IMG/VR virus record: IMGVR_UViG_3300034106_003048
Strand: one strand, 5' to 3'
DNA: 64,000 nucleotides
Source: an uncultured virus (IMG/VR IMGVR_UViG_3300034106_003048)
Taxonomy: Duplodnaviria > Heunggongvirae > Uroviricota > Caudoviricetes
A program made the translations under genes and the position numbers. Shown piece after piece: positions 1-9,300 of this stretch. Below the pieces are notes generated by a model. It was not told the origin of the DNA. It did not search any database and worked only from the letters and a program-made list of their open reading frames with translations. Every line of letters begins with the position of its first letter. Within the stretch, counting starts at the first letter, position 1.

Positions 1-2486
1 CTTTCTTTAGATTCTTCTGTTACTTCATAAATATAAAGTTCATTTTCTAAAACGGCTTCTCTATATGCCTTAAAACGAAGTGCTTTATCTAAAGCATCAC
101 CCGGAGGTAAAGGCTTTCCATAAATATCTGTTAAAGAAGAAAGACGAGCTATTTCTTTGTCAATTTCTTCTATTTCATCTAAAGATCCGTCATCAAGATC
201 TTCGTAGTTTCCAAACTTTTCTAAAAGGTTTCTTCTTCTATAAAGAGCTTCAATCTCTGATCTGTCTTCATCGGTTAGTATGTTCATTATATCATAGTAG
301 CTCTGAACATAAGGCCTTTCAGACAAAGAAAGAAGATCTTCTAATTGTTTTTTAAGTTTGTCTATAGTTTCAAAGTTCTGAATATCTTTTGTTTCTTCTT
401 GGAATATTTGATACTTTAAAGTTTCAATATCATTGCTAAAACGAATGTTATCAAAATCTCCATTAAGAACTTTGGCTGGGTATTCTTTTAGTTCTCCTTG
501 AACTTCAGTTCTTCCGTAAGCATCTGTTACGGTTCTCTCAATAAACTTTTTGACAGTTACTTCACGATAAAATCCTTTGTATAGTTTGTCTGCGTCTTCT
601 GTGTTTCCTCTCTCTGCTTCAAGCTCATCAAGTATTGCAGCCATTTCAGAAGCAATATTATCTTTTTCTGCGTTAACTGCTTTTAAACCGTCTTTAACAA
701 AAGTCGCATAGGCAGCAGTTAATTGAGCACTATGAAGTTCATCTGTCCTCATCCAAAACTGAAACATAGCATAAATAGGATTCCTAGGATCAGAACCATC
801 TGTTAATGCTTTTAGAATGTTTTCTTCGGTAGGGAGTGTAGCATCTCTTTTTGCAATAATTTTTTGAGATAATGCTTTTAATGTTTTTACTTTATTTTTT
901 TCTTGTTTAGTAAGAGTTCTTCGAGTTTCAATAAGAGCTAAACCATCTAATTCGTTGTTTACCCATTTAAGTTGTTCTGCATATTCTTTTTCTAAAGGCT
1001 CTAAACTGTCAGCAATTACATCAAACAAAGAAGAAGCTACAAGAGTTAATACACCTTCTTCTTTAAGCTTGAGTTCAATAGCAGACATATTTTCTTTAAT
1101 GTTGTCTATTGTTACTACAAGCCAATCATTTGATGCTAGTCTATTTGCATTTAACGCTGTCTTGTATTCATTAGTTATACTTTTTAGATTGTTAACAACG
1201 TTGTTTAGAAAGTGAAGATCTTTAATTAACTGAATTTTTTTCTCTTGAGAAATGCTAGATAGTCCTGAACCCTTCTTTCCTTTTTGAGCATTTTCTCTAA
1301 TAACAAGAGCAATTGGGTCTAAAACCTTTTTGCTGTAAACTACCATATCTTTACTAAACCTTTCTACATCGTCAAGATAATTAAGTACAGAAGAAAGAAG
1401 ATCAGTTACTCCTTGAAGTTGTCCATCTTTAATTGTTTCATTAATAGCCCTAATGTAATCTTCTGCAACACCCGTCTTCTTTAAAGATATTTCCATACCT
1501 CTTAACAAAGGCTGTATTTTTAAAGTAATGTCCCTAAGCTTTTGATCCATTTCTTTAGTGTAGCTTTTTTCAAAATTGCTTACATACTGAGGATCTACTT
1601 GAAACATATCATCTTGCAAGAACAAAGCATTAAAGTTGTATTGCTCGTTAAAGATGTCGTTTACTGTTTGTTTGAAAATATCTTTAGAAACTATAGACTT
1701 TAACCAAGCCCAAATTCTTTCAAAGATATTTCCTAGTCTTTCGTTATTAACATTTTTCTTGTCATGAAGACCGATATAGTATTCGGCTAAAAGTTTGCCT
1801 ACAGCTTCTCTTTTAATCTTTACTATGTTAGGAGAACCGTCTTCTAACTGGTATTGAGGAAGAGGACTATAAGCTTCTAAAGTTTCATCGTATATCTTAT
1901 AGTTAGTAACTTGCTCCATCAACTGAAGTCTGACATCAGATGGAAGCATTGCTTCAATTATGTGAAAAGCTTCTTCTACAAGTACTCTGTTTTCTCTACT
2001 AGGAGCATAGCGAACTTCTCCATACACCATATCACGTATATCTAATAAGGTTCTAGCAAGACCAGCTATGCTTGATCCTTCTAAAGTAAAATCAGGAATA
2101 ACTTGTACTCCTAGTTTTTCAAGAAGTTGTTTTACTTTAGCCATAGCTTCAGCTGAAGCTGTAGACTGATACACTGCAGGAGACTCTGTTATTTGTTCTG
2201 TGTCATATAAAGGAGTTGTTTCTACACCAGGAAGTTTATCAATTGCATCAAAAAACTTTTCATTAGGTGCAACCACAAATACAGGCTCACCATTAATGCT
2301 AGTTGGAAAGTATTTAAATGGAAGAAGATTTCCAGTATATCCTGTTTCTTTTTTAGTGGCTTGTTGTTGCCTTAAGTTTTCTGCTTCAAATTCGGGTACA
2401 TTGGTTACTGGTAAAACATAGTCTTCATCTATGATTCCTTTTTGCTGTAGTACAGCGATTCCTGTAAGTTGTAGGTTACAATTCAT
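1..2486 (-). CDS. Large putative virion cargo/ejection protein (3' end outside window) with degenerate zincin-like motif
   Basis: Not in the ORF track. I read the frame by hand: ATG at 2486 (MNCNLQLTGIAVLQQKG...) stays open for 828 codons to the window edge. Contains VLVEEAFHIIEAML (~1962-1976), then KREAVGKLLAE and IFERIWAWLKSI. Its only visible Cys is residue 3. Confidence 0.85.
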   Translation of the reverse strand, partial: MNCNLQLTGIAVLQQKGIIDEDYVLPVTNVPEFEAENLRQQQATKKETGYTGNLLPFKYFPTSINGEPVFVVAPNEKFFDAIDKLPGVETTPLYDTEQITESPAVYQSTASAEAMAKVKQLLEKLGVQVIPDFTLEGSSIAGLARTLLDIRDMVYGEVRYAPSRENRVLVEEAFHIIEAMLPSDVRLQLMEQVTNYKIYDETLEAYSPLPQYQLEDGSPNIVKIKREAVGKLLAEYYIGLHDKKNVNNERLGNIFERIWAWLKSIVSKDIFKQTVNDIFNEQYNFNALFLQDDMFQVDPQYVSNFEKSYTKEMDQKLRDITLKIQPLLRGMEISLKKTGVAEDYIRAINETIKDGQLQGVTDLLSSVLNYLDDVERFSKDMVVYSKKVLDPIALVIRENAQKGKKGSGLSSISQEKKIQLIKDLHFLNNVVNNLKSITNEYKTALNANRLASNDWLVVTIDNIKENMSAIELKLKEEGVLTLVASSLFDVIADSLEPLEKEYAEQLKWVNNELDGLALIETRRTLTKQEKNKVKTLKALSQKIIAKRDATLPTEENILKALTDGSDPRNPIYAMFQFWMRTDELHSAQLTAAYATFVKDGLKAVNAEKDNIASEMAAILDELEAERGNTEDADKLYKGFYREVTVKKFIERTVTDAYGRTEVQGELKEYPAKVLNGDFDNIRFSNDIETLKYQIFQEETKDIQNFETIDKLKKQLEDLLSLSERPYVQSYYDIMNILTDEDRSEIEALYRRRNLLEKFGNYEDLDDGSLDEIEEIDKEIARLSSLTDIYGKPLPPGDALDKALRFKAYREAVLENELYIYEVTEESKE

Positions 2487-2498
2487 TTTATCTTTAGA

Positions 2499-4859
2499 TT
2501 ATTCGCAAGTAGGTCTAGTGCCTTCTTCTATTTGTGGTTTTATTCCTGGAAAATAAGTATATAGTTTATTTTGAGTTCTTGATATGCCAGTGTAGATAGC
2601 CATTGCTATATGTAGTGGATCTCTTTCTTTAGGGCCATATAACATATTTTGTACATCTACAAAAGGATTTTTAACAGCTGATCCCTGTACTTTGTAATTG
2701 TTAACAACATATCCGTAAATACTAGTAACTACAGCATCTTTAAACAATGTAAACAAATCTTGTTTACTTACTTCTGCATCAAAAAACTTAACTCTAAAAA
2801 GTCCTTTTGATCTGATTTCATCCCAAGCTTCTTTTCTTGCTTCAAAAGCTTTTTCTGTAGGTATAAATATACTAACATCTATTGGATTCTTTCCGTCTCC
2901 TTTTTCATGATGTTTGACTGATCCAGTTATTTTATATGAAGGCATCTTAATAGTCTTTCTTTCATTCTTTTTGCTTTGAAACGAATAACTATGAACAGTC
3001 TCTTCTATACTTTTTACAAACATCTTACTTTCTTTTAACAACTTAATGTCTTCTAGTTTAGAACCATTGTTATATAAAGCAGAAGTATTTTCATTAGTAA
3101 GAAGAATAAACTCTCCCTCATTTATACCATTTTCGGCACCTTCTTCAAAAAGCTCTTCTCTTATTGTTTTTATAAGTTTTTGAACATTTTCTTTTGTGTA
3201 GGTGTTATAATTAATGTATTGAGTATATTCTGGATCTTGAAAATTATTTATGTTCTCTTCATACATATCTAAGAAATAATCTAAGAATACATCCATGTCT
3301 GTAAAGTTTTCCCACTCATCAGAATAGGCTTTTACGCCTTCAAATACTTTTTTAATATTTGGAATTCTCTTTCCTTCTGGTTGTTCAAGTGCTCTAAGTA
3401 TTTCGTTTCTTAAAGCCATTGATAAGTCTCTAACTCCGGCATTATTGCTTCTCCTGATTTTAACCAACTCAAAGTAGTGAGAAGGCTTTTTTCTTAATAT
3501 ATCAAGAAGCTCGCTAATTTTTTGAGAAGAAACACCAACAGGAGGAGTTTGAGCAACGTCTCCTGTAAAGATAAACTTAGGATACTTGCCAAACTTTTTA
3601 TAATAAATATCTGCGTAATTTTCTAATAACACTCCTAGATCTGGATTGATGTAAGCAAGATCAGTTTTGTAAGCATTATCGTCTTCGTCAAAGTGTTCTA
3701 CTTCTTTTAAATTAAGATTTAGTTCATCCACACTTCCAATCCCATTAATCATAGAAGACTCGTCTATTAAAAAGATTCCGTCGTTGTCTTCTACTAACAT
3801 CCTAGGAACTGTTGGATCTATTTTTTCTGAATCATTTTGTAATAAAGCTGCTCTTTCTATTACTTCTATAGGAAAACTAAAAAAAGCATCTGGACCCCCT
3901 TCAGCTCCAAGTTTTTTTGGTACAGGCTTAAGCCCTAATAAAGATTGTGCTGTAAATACTTTAACTGGTTTACCTTTGAAGTTTCTCTGAAGTACTCCTT
4001 TAGCTTGATGAGTAGGAGCAGCTAAAGTTGCTTTTTTCTTTCCAAGTACAATCTCGCTAATAAAAGTTTTTCCAGAACCACCGGGTCCAGATAAAAAGAA
4101 AGAGTGATTGTAAAAGTTTTCTTTTTTGTCAGAGGTTAAAGGAATATTCTTTTCTAAAAAGTTTTGAATCATTTGATAAGCGTCTATCTGCTCATCTTGA
4201 AGTTGTTTTGCAAGAACATCATTTCCTGAAGGATCTTCAGTCTTTTCATCTTCTGCTATAGCCTCATCTATAGTAAGTTGAGTAGGGCTGAACAATTTAT
4301 AATAAAAGTCTATTACTGCTTTTTGCCTTTGTGCATACTTTACATTTGTCTCTCCTTCTCTTCGACCTAAAGAAGTGCTTACAGGAACTCCGTTTTGAAA
4401 GTAAATTGTAACCTCATTTCCATAATAAGAAATTGTCTTCTCTGTAATAATAGGAGCAGGTTCAGTTTCTTTAATAATATCGGAGGAGTCTTCTAAGAAA
4501 TCTTGAGGAGTTGTGTTAGGCTGAGCTTTGTCACTAACAAAAACATCATAGTCTCTTTCTGCTACAGTTAAAGCATCTTCAATATTAATAATGTTGTCTC
4601 CTAGTTGTATACCGTCAGAATTAGTTACAGAGTATACTCCGTTATCTTGTTCTATTTTATATCCTTCCCTTTTTGCTATGTTTATTCTTTTTTGTAAGTC
4701 ATCTAATTCTTTTTGTGTAGAAGTAAATGAAGATATAGTAGGCTTTTCTTCTTTAGGCGCATACTTAGCATCGTATATAAGTTCAGCCAACAAAGGATTT
4801 CCGCCAGCTTCTTCAAGGGCTTTTTTAAACTCTGGGCTATTTGGATTTACACAACTCAT
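2499..4859 (-). CDS. SF1 (RecD/Dda-like) DNA helicase, probable virion cargo
   Basis: Walker A GPGGSGKT, motif Ia LAAPTHQA, Walker B IDESSM, motif III GDVAQTPPV, motif V KVQGS, motif VI YTGISR. Start reassigned to ATG 4859 (MSCVNPNSPEF), 1 nt after the upstream stop. Confidence 0.85.
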   Translation of the reverse strand: MSCVNPNSPEFKKALEEAGGNPLLAELIYDAKYAPKEEKPTISSFTSTQKELDDLQKRINIAKREGYKIEQDNGVYSVTNSDGIQLGDNIINIEDALTVAERDYDVFVSDKAQPNTTPQDFLEDSSDIIKETEPAPIITEKTISYYGNEVTIYFQNGVPVSTSLGRREGETNVKYAQRQKAVIDFYYKLFSPTQLTIDEAIAEDEKTEDPSGNDVLAKQLQDEQIDAYQMIQNFLEKNIPLTSDKKENFYNHSFFLSGPGGSGKTFISEIVLGKKKATLAAPTHQAKGVLQRNFKGKPVKVFTAQSLLGLKPVPKKLGAEGGPDAFFSFPIEVIERAALLQNDSEKIDPTVPRMLVEDNDGIFLIDESSMINGIGSVDELNLNLKEVEHFDEDDNAYKTDLAYINPDLGVLLENYADIYYKKFGKYPKFIFTGDVAQTPPVGVSSQKISELLDILRKKPSHYFELVKIRRSNNAGVRDLSMALRNEILRALEQPEGKRIPNIKKVFEGVKAYSDEWENFTDMDVFLDYFLDMYEENINNFQDPEYTQYINYNTYTKENVQKLIKTIREELFEEGAENGINEGEFILLTNENTSALYNNGSKLEDIKLLKESKMFVKSIEETVHSYSFQSKKNERKTIKMPSYKITGSVKHHEKGDGKNPIDVSIFIPTEKAFEARKEAWDEIRSKGLFRVKFFDAEVSKQDLFTLFKDAVVTSIYGYVVNNYKVQGSAVKNPFVDVQNMLYGPKERDPLHIAMAIYTGISRTQNKLYTYFPGIKPQIEEGTRPTCE

Positions 4860-4860
4860 T

Positions 4861-6336
4861 TTAATAACATTCTTTAAGCTTGTCAATTGCTTTTTGTCCG
4901 TATTCAGCAACAGTTTGTTTTATAAAAGGCAACACTTGTTCTACGGACATATTGTGTTTTTTAGAAAAGTTCTTTAATATAATTTCTTGTTCATCTTCAG
5001 TAAATGCAGACTCAAATGTAATAGGAGAAATTGCTTCAGATACTGTAGGTTTAGTAATGGCTTTAAGTGTATTAGCATATACATCTCTGATAGCTTCTTT
5101 AGCCTTTTCTTCTTTTTCTTTACCTACATACTCTTCTCTGGGTCTCCATTTACCTTCTTTCTGAACATTATAGTTTTCGATATCTCTACTACCTACTCCA
5201 GCAAAGTTTTTAGTTAGTGTTGGAGTCTCTATTTCTTCAAATTGGGTTCCATCAAACTTATACCATTTTTCTGTTGTAATATCCCACACATAAACAGGTT
5301 TGTTTAACTTAATACCTAATTGTACAGCAGTATTAGTACCTCCTTTAACTTTATCAAATTTATAAGATTTTATAGATTTAGTTATATCTGTAAAATTATC
5401 AGGCTTACTAGTATCAACACTATTATCTAGTTTAGCAATAGCGTATACAGCATCAGCATTATAAACTTGGTAAAAGTTTCTTACTTGTAAATTCTTTTGA
5501 AGTATTTGTTTTTCAGTATCAGTAGATTTAATTGAATAATCTATTCCTAATAATCTTCTAACCTCATTTCTTGCAAAATTCATTTGTTCATCAGTAAGAA
5601 TAGTAGCTTTTACTCCTGCATTTCTAAGCTTTTGAGATAAATTTGGATTATCAACATCTTTATAATGCATATGTTGAGTAACTCCAAACTCTCTGCCAAT
5701 AATATCCCAGTAAGTATCTCCACCATAAGCTCCTCCAGAATGATTTACAAGGTCAGACATTTTTTCTACTCCTTGAGTTGTTACAGATTGAGTAGATGGA
5801 GTTATTTCTTTGAGAGCTCTACGATTGATTTCATCTTCGTACTCACCAACAGTTTTTGCACCAAACTGTTTAAAATCTTGAAAAGAAAGAAGACTATGTT
5901 GATACTCGTGTTCGATTACAAACTTTTCCCAATCATCATATTTTGAAAATGCATCTTCTGGAAGTGCTGTAGCAAAAGAACCATCTTTTTGTTTACGTGG
6001 TTTAGTCCAAGCCTTTTCATCAAATTTCTTTTTAAGCAGTTCTCTATTTAGAAGAATTTGATTTTTTTCAGGAGTATATTTAGCAGCACCGGGTTCTCCA
6101 GTAGCAGCTTTAATATTAGGAGTATCAATTACACTAATACCTTTATATGTTTCTACGTCTGCTTCAAACACACCTTCTTCTTTTGGAAGGACTCCTTCAT
6201 TTTCAAAAGCCACATTCTCTTTAAGAGTTTTCATGTATGCTTCTTTATTATTGATGAAAGATTTTACATCCTTGTAAAGTTCAGATAGTTCTGTCTCGTT
6301 ATATGTTTTACCTCTAAAGGTATAGGTACATGCCAT
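4861..6336 (-). CDS. Putative cargo protein: N-terminal HExxH region plus SLOG/YpsA-like Rossmannoid domain
   Basis: HEYQH with downstream E (EYEDEIN). NHSGGAYGGD, RNFYQVYNADAVYAI, GGTNTAVQLGIKLNKPVYV and FAGVGSR resemble SLOG-superfamily motifs. Confidence 0.65.
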   Translation of the reverse strand: MACTYTFRGKTYNETELSELYKDVKSFINNKEAYMKTLKENVAFENEGVLPKEEGVFEADVETYKGISVIDTPNIKAATGEPGAAKYTPEKNQILLNRELLKKKFDEKAWTKPRKQKDGSFATALPEDAFSKYDDWEKFVIEHEYQHSLLSFQDFKQFGAKTVGEYEDEINRRALKEITPSTQSVTTQGVEKMSDLVNHSGGAYGGDTYWDIIGREFGVTQHMHYKDVDNPNLSQKLRNAGVKATILTDEQMNFARNEVRRLLGIDYSIKSTDTEKQILQKNLQVRNFYQVYNADAVYAIAKLDNSVDTSKPDNFTDITKSIKSYKFDKVKGGTNTAVQLGIKLNKPVYVWDITTEKWYKFDGTQFEEIETPTLTKNFAGVGSRDIENYNVQKEGKWRPREEYVGKEKEEKAKEAIRDVYANTLKAITKPTVSEAISPITFESAFTEDEQEIILKNFSKKHNMSVEQVLPFIKQTVAEYGQKAIDKLKECY

Positions 6337-6347
6337 TGTATTTTAAA

Positions 6348-9300
6348 TTAATCGCAGGTTTTTTCTATTAATTGCAAATATACGCTATTATTGTCCAAAT
6401 TGGTCAGTTGGATTATAAAGTATTCTTCTCCTTTTGACATTTCAACAATTGGATCTACTATACCAAATTCAGCCAAAGCAAGGTTATATATGTTAAAGCT
6501 TTTTTGTGAAGCAGCAGGCTCTAATCCTATAACATTTGAATAATTGTATAGAAGGAAATTGTCTGAAAAGTTATTCAAAGCATCTTTTAATTCAGATGGC
6601 TTTTGAGCTAAGAACTCTTTTATTGCTTTAGTTACTTTTTTAGCATAAATACTTTCAGGTATAATAGGAGCAGTGTTTCCTTCAAAGTATTGGAAACCAG
6701 TGCTTACGTATAAAGTCTCAAGCATTTCTGAAAAGAAGTTTCTTACCTCTGCAGCAAACTCCATATTTTCATGATTATAGTTTAAGAGTTTTACAAAGTC
6801 TGATTTAAATTCATCCTTCTGCATAGAAGTTAATTTGCTTCCTGCAGTAAAGATAAATGTAAAGAAGTCAGAATCTTTCTTAAAGAAAGGTTTAAAAAAT
6901 TTAAGAACTGGAAACTCTTTAACAAGATTAATCTTTTGTGCTTTAGCAGCAGAGATAAGTTTCTTATATCTTTTAGCTAGATTGACATCAGCAGGAGACT
7001 CAAAAGACAAAGGAGATATGTTTTCTATTCCTAAGTTGTTTGCTAGGAAGAAATTGCCTGCATCTTCTGTTTTATAATGATTGTGTATAATGTGCTGCAT
7101 CAAAGAGTCAATAAGCTTTCCATTTATCTTAGCGTAATCAAACTCATCAAAAGGAAGCTGTTCTTTTAATTGTTTAACCACATCAATAAGAGCATTAGCA
7201 ACAGTTTTATTTTTAAGAAGATTGTTAGTCTGTACTTGGAGATCTGCACTGAATGTAGTTAGACCCTCAAAAGGACTAATAACAGTCTGGTCAAAAGTAT
7301 TTAATCCATTAAAGTCATTAGGCAAGTCTACAGTTTGTTCTTCTGTTCTAATTTTATTTTCAAACAATCCGCTTTCTTTTCTAGTGTCAGGAGAATAGTT
7401 TTGGTCAAAAGAAACATAATTAGAAGACTTACCTTCTAGTGCAACATACTGAGCAAGATATAACAACTGATTCATATCTGTAGGATTAGTCAATTGTTTG
7501 GTTAGAGTCTCTTCGCTGAAGTAAGAATACTTAATAGGTTGCATAGAGTTTCTAATACGCATAAGAAGTCTTGGAAAACCAGTTGTCCAGTAGTCTTTAG
7601 CAAAATCACCTTTAGGATTAAAGTGAGTTATCTGTGCTTCTCCTGTGCTAAGTAATAGTTTTTTCTTAGCAGGATTGTTTTCTATAGACATTCTCATTGC
7701 ATACTCTAGATAACCTTCAGAAACTTTCTTCCATTCCTTACTTGCTTTTACTTCACTTCCAATTTTTTTAGCATTAACACCATAACTTGTTTCCATAATT
7801 TCTTTAAACAAGTCCTCTCTTCCATGAAACAAAGCTTTAGCAGCCTGATAATAATGTTCAGGGCTTCTAAAAGAATAAGTTTTCTTTCCTAGTTCTCCGT
7901 AGAAAGAAGCATCATAGAAGTTAGAAAGTTTTTCAAATCCATTTTTATCTGAAGACCAAACATTTACAGGTTTTACGTTAGGATTAAAAAGAACCGCATC
8001 ATAAACATTTTGTAAGGTAGAATATGTTAAGATATCTCCTTGTTTATTTGTAACTAAGAAATTAGCACGTTCTAGAGTAGATCTATACTTTTCTACAACA
8101 GAGTACAGAGCATCTTTTTTCTCAGTCGACAAACCAAGTGCTGATATAAACACAGACTTGGTGCGAGAAATATTATTAGCATAGTCATTAATGCTCGGCT
8201 GTAGAGTAAATGCAATAGCTTCTTCTACATTAGTTCCACGCTTAACAATATACATTTGAACAGGTCCTTTTATCTTGTTTACTCCTAATAGAGATATCCA
8301 AGCACCTTTTGCAATATCCACTAGTCCGTTAATATACTGGCTGAACATTGATGATATAAAGCGGCCTTTTTTATCTCTTAACATGGATAGAGAGTTTTCG
8401 TTATTTGTCTCTAACATGTAAGGACTTTCGCTAGTATCATACAAATTCATTTGAGCAGTAATCTGGTGAGTTTTGTTCATTCTAGCAGCAACACCAAGAA
8501 CAGCTTTACCTACCATGAATGATTCAAATATTTGGTTGGAGGTTACTGCTTTAATCAAAGAAGTAAAGCTTCCAGTTGCTTCTTTAATGTACTTTGTTTT
8601 ATTGTTAAAGTACTGTGGAAGAGACTGACCATCTTTTTCTCCTTGAAGATCTGGGTTAGAGTTAGGAAGAATAAGTTTAACTAAGATATCAGGATTACCC
8701 AAACGAGTAGCTATTACATCTACAAACTCATTTGACCTTCCATACTTTATTTTTCTAAGAGTATTTGTAGCTTCATTGATCTCATTCTTTATCTCAGACA
8801 TGAAAGCAAAGTTCTTTTCTATCTTCAAGAGAGCCTTGTTAATGTCTTTGCCTAAATCTTGAGTCATTTCAACAACTTCTTTGTTGGCGTCACTAAGTTC
8901 AGAAGTATTCATTACTTCTTCATCCTTAACCATGACATCTTCAGCAATAAGATTTCTTTCAGTTTCAATTACTCCCTTAGAAATCTCTGATACCTTTTGA
9001 TCAATAATTGCTAATATTCTCTCATCTTTTACTTTTTCTTTAAGAGCCTTAACTTGGAAAGCAAACTTTACTTTTTTCTTACTGTAAGTGTCAAGCAAAG
9101 AATCAAGTTTTTCCCTAATCTTTATTTCTTCTGTTGCAGAAATATAAGGATAAAAATCTCCATTCTCATCCATAGTAGGTTCAAACACAAACAATTTATC
9201 AATGTCAAAGTCAGAACCTGTTTTAACAACAATCTCTTCGGGAAGAAGCATTAGTGTTCCGGCAGAAGGAGGTAAGAACTGAACAACTCTCATTCTTTCC

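Noticed and set aside
4860..4910. 17-aa N-terminal extension of the helicase; similar extensions at 41179-41214, 56361-56612 and 63080-63142
   Set aside because: They overlap upstream genes, promoters or RNA-like sequence. Downstream ATGs have better context.
2478..6356. Split inteins as the explanation for the terminal Cys
   Set aside because: No intein C-terminal HN-[CST] motif or Hint-like blocks at these termini, and the Cys are at residue 3 and the penultimate position.
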